Notes: generated by a model not told the origin, from the sequence alone. 64,000 bases of DNA from Podarcis cretensis (GCA_951804945.1 OX638149.1:101556001-101620000); one strand, 5' to 3'; counted from the first letter of the stretch, positions 52,210 to 64,000 are shown. Numbers and translations are program-made.

Positions 52210-53060
52210 AAAGTCCAGTCAGTCAGGCATAAGAAAGGATTACACACATGGGGACGGGCGTTGGAAATAATCCCACCCTGTTTGCTCCAAAATACCTCCA
52301 GGTTACAAACCTGCTCCTTCAGAGAGAGTGTAACCCAATCTAGAGCAGGGCACATTTTACTTATCCAGTCTAGAGAACCACCCAGTACTCACTAGCAGTG
52401 CTTCAGTCTTGTCTGGATTCAGCTTTGGTTTATTGGCTCTCATCCAGGTCATTACCAAGGCAAGGCATTCACTGCCTGAAGATGTAAAGGAGCAGTCTGT
52501 TGTCAGCATATATACCTGGCAACTTATTCCATAGCTCAGTGTGTCATTTAAATGTTGAACATACTGAGAGTAGGATTGAACCCTGTGGAGCAGGCCCATG
52601 CAGAGGCTTGTGGCAGCTGGACACACTTACCCTAGACTTCAGAGGGTTAAGTTTGCCAGGATCCCTGCCACAGACTGGCTGCTTTTTTGTTTGAATTTAT
52701 AACTTTATTCCAACAAGGTTCTCATCCCAGGCCTCAAGCAAGCTCTGCCCACATTGATAGCTCCATGAGACCAAACAATGTACCCCAAGCACCACTCTTT
52801 GAAAACCACAAATAAAGTAGGACTGGAACTGCTGTAGAGCACTGACCCCCACCCCCAGCTCAGACAGCCACTTCCAAAGGATAGCATGGTTGATGGCATC
52901 AAAAGCTGCTGAGAGAAGAAGGAGAATAAAGAGAAGTACACTCCCGTCTCTTTCCCAGTAAAGGTGGGGGACCACGACAATTTCTATGCCAAAACCAGGC
53001 TTAAACCCTGACTGAAATCAATTTAGAAGCGAATCGGACTGGATCTGGCCCACAAGCACT
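52210..53060 (-). mobile_element. Old L2 LINE RT fragment
   Basis: Minus-strand peptides LLLLSAAFDAINHAIL, WMRANKPKLNPDKTEALLV and LDWVTLSLKEQVCNL, with multiple frameshifts. Confidence 0.9.
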
Positions 53061-53352
53061 ATTCATGACCTATGATAAATATCTATATTTATTTACTCCA
53101 ATCCTATTTTCATCCAGCATGATACTCCTCTTTGATATTTTATGCAGTCTCTTGGTACAGAGCTGCTTTGGCTAAAACTAGTGCTCACTTATTCCTTACA
53201 AACTGCCCCTGTGATTCTCCAAATCCCACTATGAGCATTTTTTTAATCAATAAGATATGCATATGTTTGGCCTAGTGAATCTATCTGGAACCAAAAAGAA
53301 AAGTATGAATAAGGCATGTGGTAGAGAAACTAATTACTGAAGAGTGAGTGCA

Positions 53353-53394
53353 CATTAGTAAGCATAGTCTCATCATTAGTAAGCATTGTCTCAT
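53353..53394. repeat. 21-bp tandem duplication (1 mismatch)
   Basis: cattagtaagcat[a/t]gtctcat x2. Confidence 0.93.
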
Positions 53395-55578
53395 CAGCAT
53401 TTGCAACTTGTGCTACAGTAGGGAGGAGAGAGAGCTGAAACAGGAGATAAAGGAGAGATAAAGGGGTGCTCTGAATAGTAAACACTCTTCCTTTCAGTGT
53501 GCTGCTGTTGATTCCCTTGCTTCTCTCTAACAGATTTCCTTCTCTAGAAAGTCAGTAGTCTCTCAGGTCTCCAACAGATGCCTCAATAGTGGCACATACT
53601 AAAGCAACACCTAGATGGGATGCAGCTGTCCATAACTACTAGCATACAGCCAGCTTTGTTATCCTTAAGGCTGGATATATCTGATGAATCATGCACAGAT
53701 GGAGAGAGCTGTTAACTAGCAACCATAATATTCAGCCTGCATGGCAGGCTTAGTGCTTCAAGCATGACTCTAGCACAGAGGCATGGGAGCTTTTGCAATC
53801 CTAGTGTTTACATGCCCACAGTTTTTCTTATTGGAAATCCAGACAGAAAATAGTAGGATTGTTCTCAGGCCATTGCCTATGTATTCTTTTTGACAAAGAG
53901 ATTCTTGTTAGGTAGTAGTGATGGTTGCTGTGGAGATTAAGACGGGTACAGCTAAGTGAGTCTGCGTTTTGAACATTTCATAACATTGGATAACAGCACT
54001 ATTGGGATACAGAGAAATGCTGCATCAGAGCCCATGAAGACAGAAATGGAGAGATCAACTGCTGAATCCTCCTTCTTTTGTCTTCAAGTTTCCTATCAAT
54101 TACTGTCCATGTGCACTAGGACAGTGTTGGATAGACTCAGAACCAGAGTAGGCTCCATGTTTGAAGGGGTCATTGACAGGGGGACCTTTGGTGGGCCCTG
54201 TAGGAATTCAGTTTTAGGAGATTTTTAATTAGGTACCAGTTGTTTGATCTAGAAGATCCTGCAAAACTTCCTTATGACTTTTACTGGGTCCATGGAGCTT
54301 TAGGTCACCCACTGGACGTACAGCACAATTAGAACAAATGAGATGGTGGTTTCAGAAAAACCTCACACCAACATTGATCCCTGAACCCACATATCTCATC
54401 AGAGCAGGGGTACAGTCTAAGACAATTCCTGCAGATCCTGAACCCACTGCTTCATCTTACTTGGTTCTTAAAAACCTTGGTGTCCATAAATTGTTGTCTC
54501 CTTCAAATGCAGCACCCCACTGACTCTTTGACCACCCCTTTTCTCCACCTGTGACTTTGGCTTATGCTCCAGAAGTCAGTCATGTGCATAAGTTGAGTGC
54601 AAAAAGAGAACAGAATAAGAAATTACATGAGATAAGTAAAAATACTTTGAGAGGCATGTGAGGATGGGAAAGGGAAAAATATGAAATAAAATGCCTTCTC
54701 TACTTGGAGCCTCTGGATTAGCAAATTCTTCCCCAAATGGGGAGGCTGCCACAGTAACTCCAGTGTAAATATCTGTATTTAGTTAAAGGAAAGGTGAGAT
54801 ACGGAACTTCTCACCACAAGGAAAAGGCTGTGGGAAAGAATTTAGCAATTAGTAGAAAATGACATCAGTATTTGCCAAACTCTGCTTCCATCTGCCCCTG
54901 TTTTGTGACATGTTCTGCCCTTGCAACAGCATTTTGTGACTGTAGGACCTCAGCAGCTCTTAGCCAGCTCAGGTGGGCTCTGGAGGGTAGAAAGTTTGAG
55001 AACCCCTAGATGAGAAAATTTGCTGTCTGTATGTAGAACCTAAGCATTTACAAATTTCATTATCTTCCTGGTGAACCCAAATAGCTATGCAGTAATTGCT
55101 GCCGCTACCTGTTCAAATTGAATAGGCTCAAAAGGAGGAGTCTCATTACTTTAAAATAATGCAATAAGACTGCAGCCTTCTTGAGCGCCTGTCAATAAAA
55201 ATGGATTTGCAATCAAATTATCATATGACAGTAATCGCTGCTTTCTAGTTACTGACATTTCCTCTCTAAAGTTTACTTTATGACTAAGGAGAAAACAAGC
55301 TGCTATTTTGTCACTGCTGAAAGATGGATGAAGGCGAGGAGGCACATATACCACTGCAAATAGGCTATGGCTCTTTGTCAATATAAGTGGACAAAGCGTT
55401 TCACTTGACAAGAAGCAACATAGACCAATACCTCATTCTCATAGAAGAGGTTGTCATGAGAACTGTACAAAGCAAACATTAATTCTTGTTAACATGAGCT
55501 GATGAAAGAATGGAAGGTTGCAAACATTTAACCCATCTTTTGAGTGTGTTTGTTGCTAAATATATTACGCTCCAGTTA

Positions 55579-55934
55579 AAAAGGTAAGGTAAAGGTACCC
55601 CTGCCCTTCGGGCCAGTCTTGACAGACTCTGGGGTTGTGCGCCCATCTCACTTAAGAGGCCAGGGGCCAGCGCTGTCCGGAGACACTTCCGGGTCACGTG
55701 GCCAGCGTGACATCGCTGTTCTGGCGAGCCAGAGCCACACACGGAAACGCCGTTTACCTTCCCGCTGGTAAGCGGTCCCTATTTATCTACTTGCACCCGG
55801 AGGTGCTTTCGAACTGCTAGGTTGGCAGGCGCTGGGACCGAGCAGCGGGAGCGCACCCCGCCGCAGGGATTCGAACCGCCGACCTTTCGATCGGCAAGTC
55901 CTAGGCGCTGAGGCTTTAACCCACAGCGCCACCT
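55579..55934 (-). mobile_element. Sauria SINE (Squam1), near full length, young
   Basis: Reverse complement of the 8623 copy with about a dozen differences. 10-bp TSD gctccagtta at 55569-55578 and 55935-55944. Confidence 0.97.
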
Positions 55935-56978
55935 GCTCCAGTTACCTTATGCAAATTTTCATACGTTTTTCAATTTCACTGAAATGTAGAACACTGCTTT
56001 CCTTTAATATTCCTCACTCTTGCTTATTATTTTAAATTTTAGCTATGCAAAAGGGAAATTGTTGTCAAAAGCCCATTTCCTCCCAGTCAGAGTAATATTA
56101 CTGATTGCTATACCAAGCCAGTCCTATGTAGAGTCAGTTATGTTTGTAAAGCCCACTGAATATAGTGGGATTTACTTCTGAGTACCTGATCATGGAGGCT
56201 CTTTGGACTATTAGTAGTAGTAGAAGAAGAAGAAGTTTTATAACCTGCAAGCAGCTACTCATATGTAGGAGTTCATTATAGCACGAGTGCCCTATATACA
56301 AGTAATGTGTGAATAGCACTATTGTTAATTCGACCATCTTTCATTAATTCCACCTGCCATGAACATCTTTCAGTTACCAGAACTTCTTTTATATAATAGC
56401 AAGTCATTACTAAAGGTCCATGTAATGAGTTTCTACAGTCTCCTTTGTTGAAGGCTTCTATTTTTCATGTGATACATAGCCTGATCTACAGAAGGAAAAG
56501 TCTTCCTTCTGTTATCACTTTCATAAACAGCATCTGTGGGATCCCAGGATGCATTTATATGAAAATCATTTGGGGTTTGGGATTTTTTTCCTGTCTGGTT
56601 GTCAGTTCTATTATTTATTACTGAGATACACTCTGTAGTTAATAGCTGAATGCAAAACTGCTTTTAAATCTCATGTCTGTTTTGCCATTTCCATTATCCA
56701 TTTCTCCATTTGTGTGGATTCTATAGGACTCACTTTAGGTTATCAGATTGCATTAATCGCTTCCTCCTGATAAACCTAGTCCTTAGAAACTCCTGAGCTC
56801 TGCTTCATTGTTTATGTCAGGTTTTCTAGCCTCAATTCTTCCTCTAGCTCAAACCAATACTCTTGACAGAGAGAGGAGGGAATTGCAGGTTCAAATGCAG
56901 GGATCATTCAGTTAGTAACCTAAAGGTTAATTCTGTTGATCCTTAGTCAACCAACCAAAAAGGGGTATAGTTGGAGGT

Positions 56979-56991
56979 GTTGCCTAGCAAC
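56979..56991. promoter_or_regulatory. RFX X-box-like palindrome
   Basis: GTTGCCTAGCAAC matches the RFX consensus GTNRCC(N0-3)RGYAAC. Function is unproven. Confidence 0.35.
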
Positions 56992-58519
56992 CAGTCAGAA
57001 TGGTATGCTCCTTGCGGAGGTAATTCGTGCTTTGATAGGCCGTGTAGTTCTGAGGTGATTTTCCCTATATGTTTAGTTGTTCAGTTCGTGAGATGACTTC
57101 CGCCTGATCTAAGAAAGAAAAAGCCTCTCTGTTCCTTTCTCCTCATGTTATAGTGTACAGGAGATCAGGTAGCCCTTATTGCTCAAGGAAATCCAAGTTA
57201 CAAAAGGAATTCCTTTATATTCCTTCCTGCTTGGGAGAAGCAGACTGTGAGGCTGGCTGACTGGGTACTACCTGGCCAGATCTCAATGGAGGTTGCAGTT
57301 ATGTGGTTCACCTGGGACAGTAGTAAACAATTCATAACAGGTTGCTGCTTCAAATCCTCCCATAGGCATTTTGACTACCCACCCTCAAAAAGAAAAGTCA
57401 TAAAACCAGGTAGCAGCAACAAGCAAGGGTGCAACCCACTCATTATTCTGGGAAGTGCAGATCAGGTGAGCCAATCTCAAAAATAGCACCCGCCAAATTC
57501 CTTGAGCATCCCTATCTATGAGTCTTAACATTCTCCTGAAATAAAAATTGGGGGGCCTATATCACAATAAGTGAATGGTGGAATGAATGAACTGCCATTT
57601 GTCTTGTTTCTTACAACTATGCATACAATTCTGCCAGAGCAGTTTATCATTATCACTAAAAATATGACAGGAAAATTAGAGGTACTCTGGGAAATACCTT
57701 TAAAGCTTATTAATTGTGCAGGTTTTGTTTTTTTAGTTTTTGGAAATACCTGAGGTTGCAAACCTTTGAAGTTTACCCATGAAGTGATTTTCTTTTCAAT
57801 GACTCTGCAAAACTAGGACACTTCCCAAAACAAATATATTTCCTGGGTATATTTACAACAGTTTTTTTAAAAAATAAACTCCTGCATCATAGATATATAT
57901 CCACTGCAATATTAAACAATGATAATGCCCATCTAAGTATTTTGCAATCTTTCTTATGAGTTATACAAAGACACCCACTAACTCCAGCAAAAGCATTTGT
58001 GAGTCTCCTGCCATAAACTGGTATTCTGAATTTAGTGATAAAAATAAGGGCAAATCACGGTGGAAAGCACTTTCCCCATTAAGTACAAAATGGTGAAGTA
58101 TTTTAGTCTTAGGGGGGATTACACATTGGCCTGTGTTTTTAGATGTGTTGGCTTTCCCTCTGCTCAACAGTCAAGAACTCTAAGCCCACAGTGCTGCTTA
58201 GTTCTGCGCAGTTTTCATCCTCTTGTCAAAAGCAGGGAACCAGCAGGATTTCCCCAAAGAGCTGCACTGGTGGCTATCTATTTTTAAACATCATAGATTA
58301 TTCAACCATACATCATAAAAGTAAAGAAAATGCCCCATGTCAGGCACAGTCAGGCTTATGAACAATTCCCTGAAGAATTTAATTGTACAAATGCTAGTGG
58401 TAAAACATGCCGTAAACCTAATGTTACGCTTCGCATGATTGTCCTTAACCGCAATGCGTATAAAATGCAAACACTTGTAACATGTATGTATAATACGTCA
58501 GATTAAATGTGTTCATGGG

Positions 58520-58661
58520 AGGGAGGTTTTTGGTTTGTTTTTGTTGTTATTGGGTATTTTGTGTTCTCACTTTCTACTTTTTATTTTGTAAACTGCCCTG
58601 TGATCTTCAGATGAAGGGTGTTATGCAAATAAAAATAAACAAACAAATAAATAAATAAATA
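58520..58661 (+). mobile_element. L2 3' terminus with (AAAT)n tail
   Basis: A T-rich tract, then tgtaaactgccctgtgatcttcagatgaagggtg, then aaataaataaata. Confidence 0.7.
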
Positions 58662-60676
58662 AGAGGAGTTGTGTCACAAGGAATTATAGAGATCTTGTTT
58701 CATTATCTGCTTTTCATTGGCATTATGTATTGTGTTTGCCTGAGCTTGAGTCTGGACTAAGGATTCTGAGCACTTGTGTCCTAATTCAATACATAATATC
58801 CAATCACAGAACATTTCGGGATCTGGGCCACTGCCAGTGGCCCTTAAACTCTGAGTTATGATGCACAGCTTGGGAGTTTAGACAGCCAATCACGTTGAGA
58901 GTGGGAGTTGCTTTGCCCCTGTTGTCCAGTTCTGTTTGTTCAATAAAAGTTCTTGCTGTTATCACTGTGTCTTGCTTCATGGGAACCCACCTACACTTCA
59001 ATGGGTATTTATATCTGATTACTATTTTCAGATTTCTTGGTCCCAAGGAAAATTAATATGGAGATGGTTTTGTGGTACAGATCAAGCAAAATAATAATAA
59101 AAAATAAATTCTCCAAAATCTTTAACTTTACTTCATAAAGTAAAGAGACCTTGAAATACAGGGTGTTTTTGAAAAGTGTTAAAGGTAGCTTGCTTATGGG
59201 CATTCTTGGAACCACAGCTGGTAACCAAATCAACATTCTGCCTCATGAGGAGTTTACATAAAATTTTCCTGCATGCATAGAGCCCTCCAAGACTAACCAC
59301 AGCCCAAGCCAATAAACATAATTAGACATCCCTTCTATTTAGCCAATGTTTACCAGTTTAAAAAACATACAGACCGCTAGAAAAGCATGTCGAGACTTGC
59401 ACTTGAATAAAAAACAACATCTATGGAAAAGAGAAAAGTTGTTTTGATCATTTTCTTTGGGCATTTCACATATCCAAAGGTCCTTCCAGAAAATAAACAA
59501 TAAGCTGTGTTGGCATCTGCAAAATACTGGGCTGACTAAGTTGTATGACTGAAAATCGATTGACTGATTTAAAAAAAAAAACTTGTTGGTTTAAGATCAG
59601 AGTTAAGACAGACAATGCCCAGCCAACCAGCAAGGCCACTGATTGGCCCATTTGAACTTAAGGTTTTAGCGGGCAACCACGCCCAACAGACCAGCCAGCC
59701 AGGGGAATTCCCAGATAGGCAGCCAGCGACAAAAGCTCTGACCACCCAGGGATGGCAGTTAGGAGCCAGGGATATGCCGTAACCATCACCCACCCAGTAA
59801 AGAGGGTGAGCAGCCATTAAGGCTCATAACGGTTCAGGTTCCACAAAGCCAGAAATCGGAAGCTAAGGCTGATGCTGTAACAGGTATGCCCCATGAGGCT
59901 GTGAGCACTGATGTGTTCAGTGCCACAAACTGTGTTTGCTTACAACTTACCCTCTGTGCACCTGCCTTTTTCCATGGTGTTTCAGGCCCAAAGACAGATT
60001 GGTAAATGTGCCAGAGACCAACAAAGATTCCCCATGTTATCCTGTTCCTATATTGTCTTATGAAGCACCTGAGCTTTATTATTTTGCTAAAGGCATCCTC
60101 TTGTGCATTGACTTACATCAGTAGAAGAGAATAAACACTATTCACTTAGTGAACCTCAGAGGAGGCGGGGTGGTGGTTGTTTAGTGTGTGGCAGGGTATG
60201 TGGAAAGGGATTAAGTATGTTTCAGTCTGGGGTTGTGTTTGTGAGGTGGGGGTTCAATTTGGGGCAAGGGGTATATGTGTGTTTCAGTGTGGAGCAATGT
60301 GTGTGGGAACTGTGGGTGGGGTTTAGTGGGGGCATAGTCTGGGGTTTCAACTTGGGGTGTGTATATGGAGTTCATTGGGTGGGATTTGAGGGTGGGATGT
60401 GCAGGCCTGTGTACAAGGTGGCGTATGGAGTATTTGTGGTGATGTGAGGCAGAGTCTGCGTGGGGAGGTTTGTGTAGATCTTTCACTGTGTCACTGGTTT
60501 TTTGGCAGCTTGTAGCATGGGATATGGGCAGGTTTGCAGTGTGGCATACAGGTGTGGTTGAGTGCGGTCCCCTCTAGTAGTTTGACAAACGGTTAAACCT
60601 ATGGTAAGCATCTCATACTGATACATTGCCACAATCACTATCTCTCCACGTTGCCTACCTTGCAGGGTTAAAAGGC

Positions 60677-60770
60677 GAACCAGAGCAGCGCACGGAAACG
60701 CCATTTACCTTCCCGCTGGAGCGCTATCTATTTATCTATCTATTTGACGTGCTTTCCAACTGCTAGGTTG
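60677..60770 (-). mobile_element. Internal fragment of a Sauria SINE
   Basis: gcacggaaacgccatttaccttcccgctgg...gtgctttccaactgctaggttg matches 55740-55824. Confidence 0.85.
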
Positions 60771-61861
60771 TTGTGATATAAAATACTAAGAGAACGTCCA
60801 CCACCCTTCTGGCAAACCTCCTGGGGGGCATTCAGTGTGCTGCAGGGTGGGGCTGGGGTATTTTGTGAGAGGGGGTTCAATGTGGAGTTGCAGTGTGATG
60901 CAGAATAGGTTGCTCTGGGGTGGGTGCATTTGAAGCAGTAAAGTGTGTGGACTGCCATGACAATTTCATTACAATTACAGTATATCAATGTCTCTATTAG
61001 AAGCAATTGCCATATGTAAAACTTTAAGAATGATTAATTGCTGCTGTTCAAACACCATCTGACTTTCCTGCTAAATTCTTTGATTACTAGGTCACAAGTT
61101 CAGATGTTTCCAAGTTGTTGTTGTTGTTTGTTCCTATATGAACCAGACTGTATAATTATTGCCTGGTTATACTTGGGTTGAAGGGGGCTTAAATGCTGGC
61201 TATGGATGGAATTAGGTCACATCTAGCACTATTTAAGGTTTTAAGTTTGGTTGTAAATAAATAGGTTTGTGAGAAATATAGAAATGCAGATCTAGAAGGT
61301 CTGAAAGAAAGAAAACTTGCATTTATTTTCTCTTCCTTTATATGTAATCTTGTTGAGACACCAACTAAAAAGTTAAGCTAGCATTATGCAGATTTACCTG
61401 GGAGAGTAAATCAAATTGAACATAAGTATTTCCAATTAGAAATGCCTAGGGTTGTGCTGTTACTTATTTGCAGCAACAGCAATTTATGTCAATTTCATAG
61501 TCACCTTGATGTTATATTTTAAGTTGACTTCATAAGAATAGCAGGTATGCAGCCAAATCCTATGCATCTTTACTCAGAAAAGGATCCTCTGTGTTCATTG
61601 AGACTTACTCCTAGGTAAGTGTACAAAGGACTGCAGGGATGCACAGATTCATAAAAAGTGGGAAATGGCAATCAAACGTGTTGCAGGTCATGTGGTGCCT
61701 ACCTCTGAAGGCATCAAATATTTAAACCAACTTATAAATAAAAAAAGAGCTGTACTGTCAACAGCAATGAATTATGCTGGGTTGTGTGCTAATAATTAAA
61801 AGATACCTTTAAAGTTGCCTTAATATGAGGGTTATGTAAGGAATAATAACGTAAAAGGAGC

Positions 61862-61979
61862 ATGCAACATTTAAATAATGCTAGATAAACCATTAAGATT
61901 AAGTTTCTGATAACTATCTGATGCAACATTTAAATAATGCTAGATAAACCATTAAGATTAAGTTTCTGATAACTATCTG
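61862..61979. repeat. Perfect 59-bp tandem duplication
   Basis: 61862-61920 is identical to 61921-61979. Confidence 0.98.
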
Positions 61980-62213
61980 GCAAGTGATATTCTGATATCC
62001 ACTATGATATAACCTTGGAGTCCAATAAAGCATCCATGGACATCACAAAACCCTAACACACTTCCTCTATCCCTCCCAATTATTTAAAAAAAATAAATGT
62101 TTTCAATGATGCCTTGGGGGAGTGACTGCTTTTCTGTTGTTTTATTTCCTTAAGGGTGCTATCAGTGTTTTGCCCACTGGTGGGGAATGCATCTGTAAGA
62201 CTGAGTATCATCG

Positions 62214-62405
62214 GTTACAGGTAGGTAGCCATGTTGATCTGCCGTAGTCGAAACAAAATAAAAATTAAAAAATTCCTTCCAGTAGCACCTTAGAAACCAA
62301 CTAAGTTTGTTATTGGTATGAGCTTTTGTGTGCATGCACACTTCTTCAGATTCCAATAACAAACTTAGGTGGCCTCTAAGGTGCTACTGGAAGGAATTTT
62401 TTCAT
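62214..62405 (-). mobile_element. Penelope-like element terminus with inverted (fold-back) pseudo-LTR segment
   Basis: 50-bp inverted arms at 62267-62316 and 62353-62402 (47/50). gttacaggtaggtagcc..ttg.tctg and agtagcaccttaga.accaac are typical reptile Penelope end motifs. Flanking direct repeat tgagtatc at 62202-62209 and 62406-62413. Confidence 0.88.
62315..62352 (-). ncRNA. Minimal type-I hammerhead ribozyme core, probably inactivated
   Basis: Minus strand reads aat-CUGAAGA-a-GUGUGCAUGCACAC-AAAA-GCUC-AUACC. The CUGANGA box and stem II are intact. The GAAA box reads AAAA. Confidence 0.75.
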
Positions 62406-63093
62406 TGAGTATCTTCAGCTGCTTCTTTTGTGAAATGTGCATTTTTTTGGTGCCCACAAGAGTTTCTTAGATTTTGAGATGTGCCACTGAGCCCAAAATG
62501 TTTGGGACTCTTATATACTAAGAACAAATTATAGTGTTCCTGTGTGCATAATGAAATAGCCCAAACCACAGCACCCACACATAGGGAACCAGTATGGTCA
62601 CCCCACCCCAAAAGGCAGCAAGAAAGAAAAGAGTCCCTGGTCTTTTTAACTCAGTTCTCGTGTACCGTGATACATTAAAATAATAATTGAGATAATTCAA
62701 ATTCCAAAGCAAATCTAGTTAACTGTCCCAATACTGCAAGTCAGAAGGGTCCATGAGTAGGAGAAGTTGGGATGTCAGGGAAATGGCCACTGTTTGCTTA
62801 TTCAACATGTGTCTGGAATGGAAGTCAATCCAGCGAACAGGATTAGCATTTGCTGCTGCTGTTATTTCCAGCCGGCAAACCATCCATAATTGATGACGTT
62901 CCCCTCCCACCCATTTGCATTGTGTTTTTAGAAGCCAAATTGCAGTGGGATGGAAGCAGGTGGGGCTGACGGACCTGGGAAACCTTAAAATGTTCTTTGT
63001 TCTATAGTACAGCAGAGATTACCCGCTGTTGTCCCATAAAGATCACTCACCCACATCATACGCAACAGCCTTGTGGTGACCTACTGTTGTGCG

Positions 63094-63295
63094 CAGGGCC
63101 GGGACGCCTATGAGACAGGGTGAGGTGGCTGCCTCGGGTGGCATATTTGCCTGCCAGCCAGCATGCCTGCCACCTTTCTTATACCCCTTGGCCTGCCTCA
63201 GGCAGAAGCTATGCTGGCCGCTAGCAGTGGTGTGCATGCATACAGTGGCATTTTCAGTATTGTCTAGGGTGCCAAAACATCCCGGACCAGCCCTG
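63094..63295. mobile_element. hAT-type MITE
   Basis: Termini CAGGGCCGG / CCAGCCCTG. The 8-bp flanks gttgtgcg (63086-63093) and gttgcaca (63296-63303) both derive from gttgcgcg by CpG decay. Confidence 0.75.
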
Positions 63296-64000
63296 GTTGC
63301 ACACACAACAATATCCAAGTGGTGTGATACTCCAGGGGTGCCAGTGCTTACTCAGAGTTTGGTTTCCATGGAATGAAAGTCAATGGGAACAGTGTTGCCT
63401 TTAAAATATATAGTTTTATTTACACATGTATACAACCTTAGCTTAGGATAGAAGGGCTCAAAGCATTAATAGTTCAACATTTGTTGCTCTCCCATCAGGT
63501 TTCTAGAGAGGTCCCCAAAGCCATAGCTTGGGATTTAGCACATAGAGCAAGTCAAGCCTGTGTCCCTTTTCAGTTTCAGCCCAAGCTAAGGCTAGCTCAA
63601 GATCTATTGTTCTCCTACCCCTAGGATGACACTGAAACCAGCCAGGTGGTTTCTCTATGGCCAACTCTTTAGACATGTGAATAGGGTGCTTAATAGACCC
63701 AGCTACAGCCATGCTCAATTCTTTGTTAAATTAAACTGGCAGTTCCTTCTACGGTAGACTACAGCCTTACAGATTCAAAACCAGTGGCTTTAGCTGGGAT
63801 CCACCATCACGATGACTGGAGCTGATGGAGTTGAACACTTTATGAAGGGTCAGGTTTTTTCCAACCTTGATGCAGATGGAAAGCCAGGAGAGAAATTAAC
63901 TCGAATAAATGCAGAAAGAAAATTAAGGTGCATCCACCTGCATGCTGTATTTTATGAACCAGCAGCAAACCAATGGACACAGAAGGCAAGATTTCTATTG

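Noticed and set aside
1-64000. CRISPR arrays, operons, endogenous viral ORFs
   Set aside because: The sequence is eukaryotic and repeat-rich. I saw no repeat-spacer periodicity, and no ORF resembles gag/pol/env or a non-retroviral viral protein.

Overview
Vertebrate nuclear DNA, AT-rich and almost certainly from a squamate reptile. The Sauria SINEs, the tRNA-Lys SINE and the L2/Penelope repeat types point to a lacertid lizard (inference). I recognise no intact host gene, exon set, rRNA or true tRNA, so the window reads as a gene desert or very long intron. The ORFs with recognisable homology are all decayed transposon fragments: L2 reverse transcriptase, RTE C-terminus and hAT transposase C-terminus. 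The window holds Sauria and CORE-type SINEs, L2/CR1/L1/RTE LINE pieces, hAT and Tc1/mariner MITEs with target-site duplications (TSDs), several LTR-like remnants, microsatellites and small tandem duplications. Between them lie several unique blocks that look like conserved non-coding elements. The best leads are: (1) a fold-back Penelope terminus enclosing a hammerhead-ribozyme core with one catalytic-site mutation (62.2-62.4 kb); (2) two related, TSD-less LTR-like elements (0.07-0.8 kb and 40.8-41.3 kb) that may belong to tyrosine-recombinase retroelements; (3) a CpG-rich mariner MITE built from four consecutive hairpins; (4) a 72-nt near-perfect hairpin of pre-miRNA size. I cannot demonstrate a wholly new biological system from the sequence alone. 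Family names come from motif recognition, not database searches.
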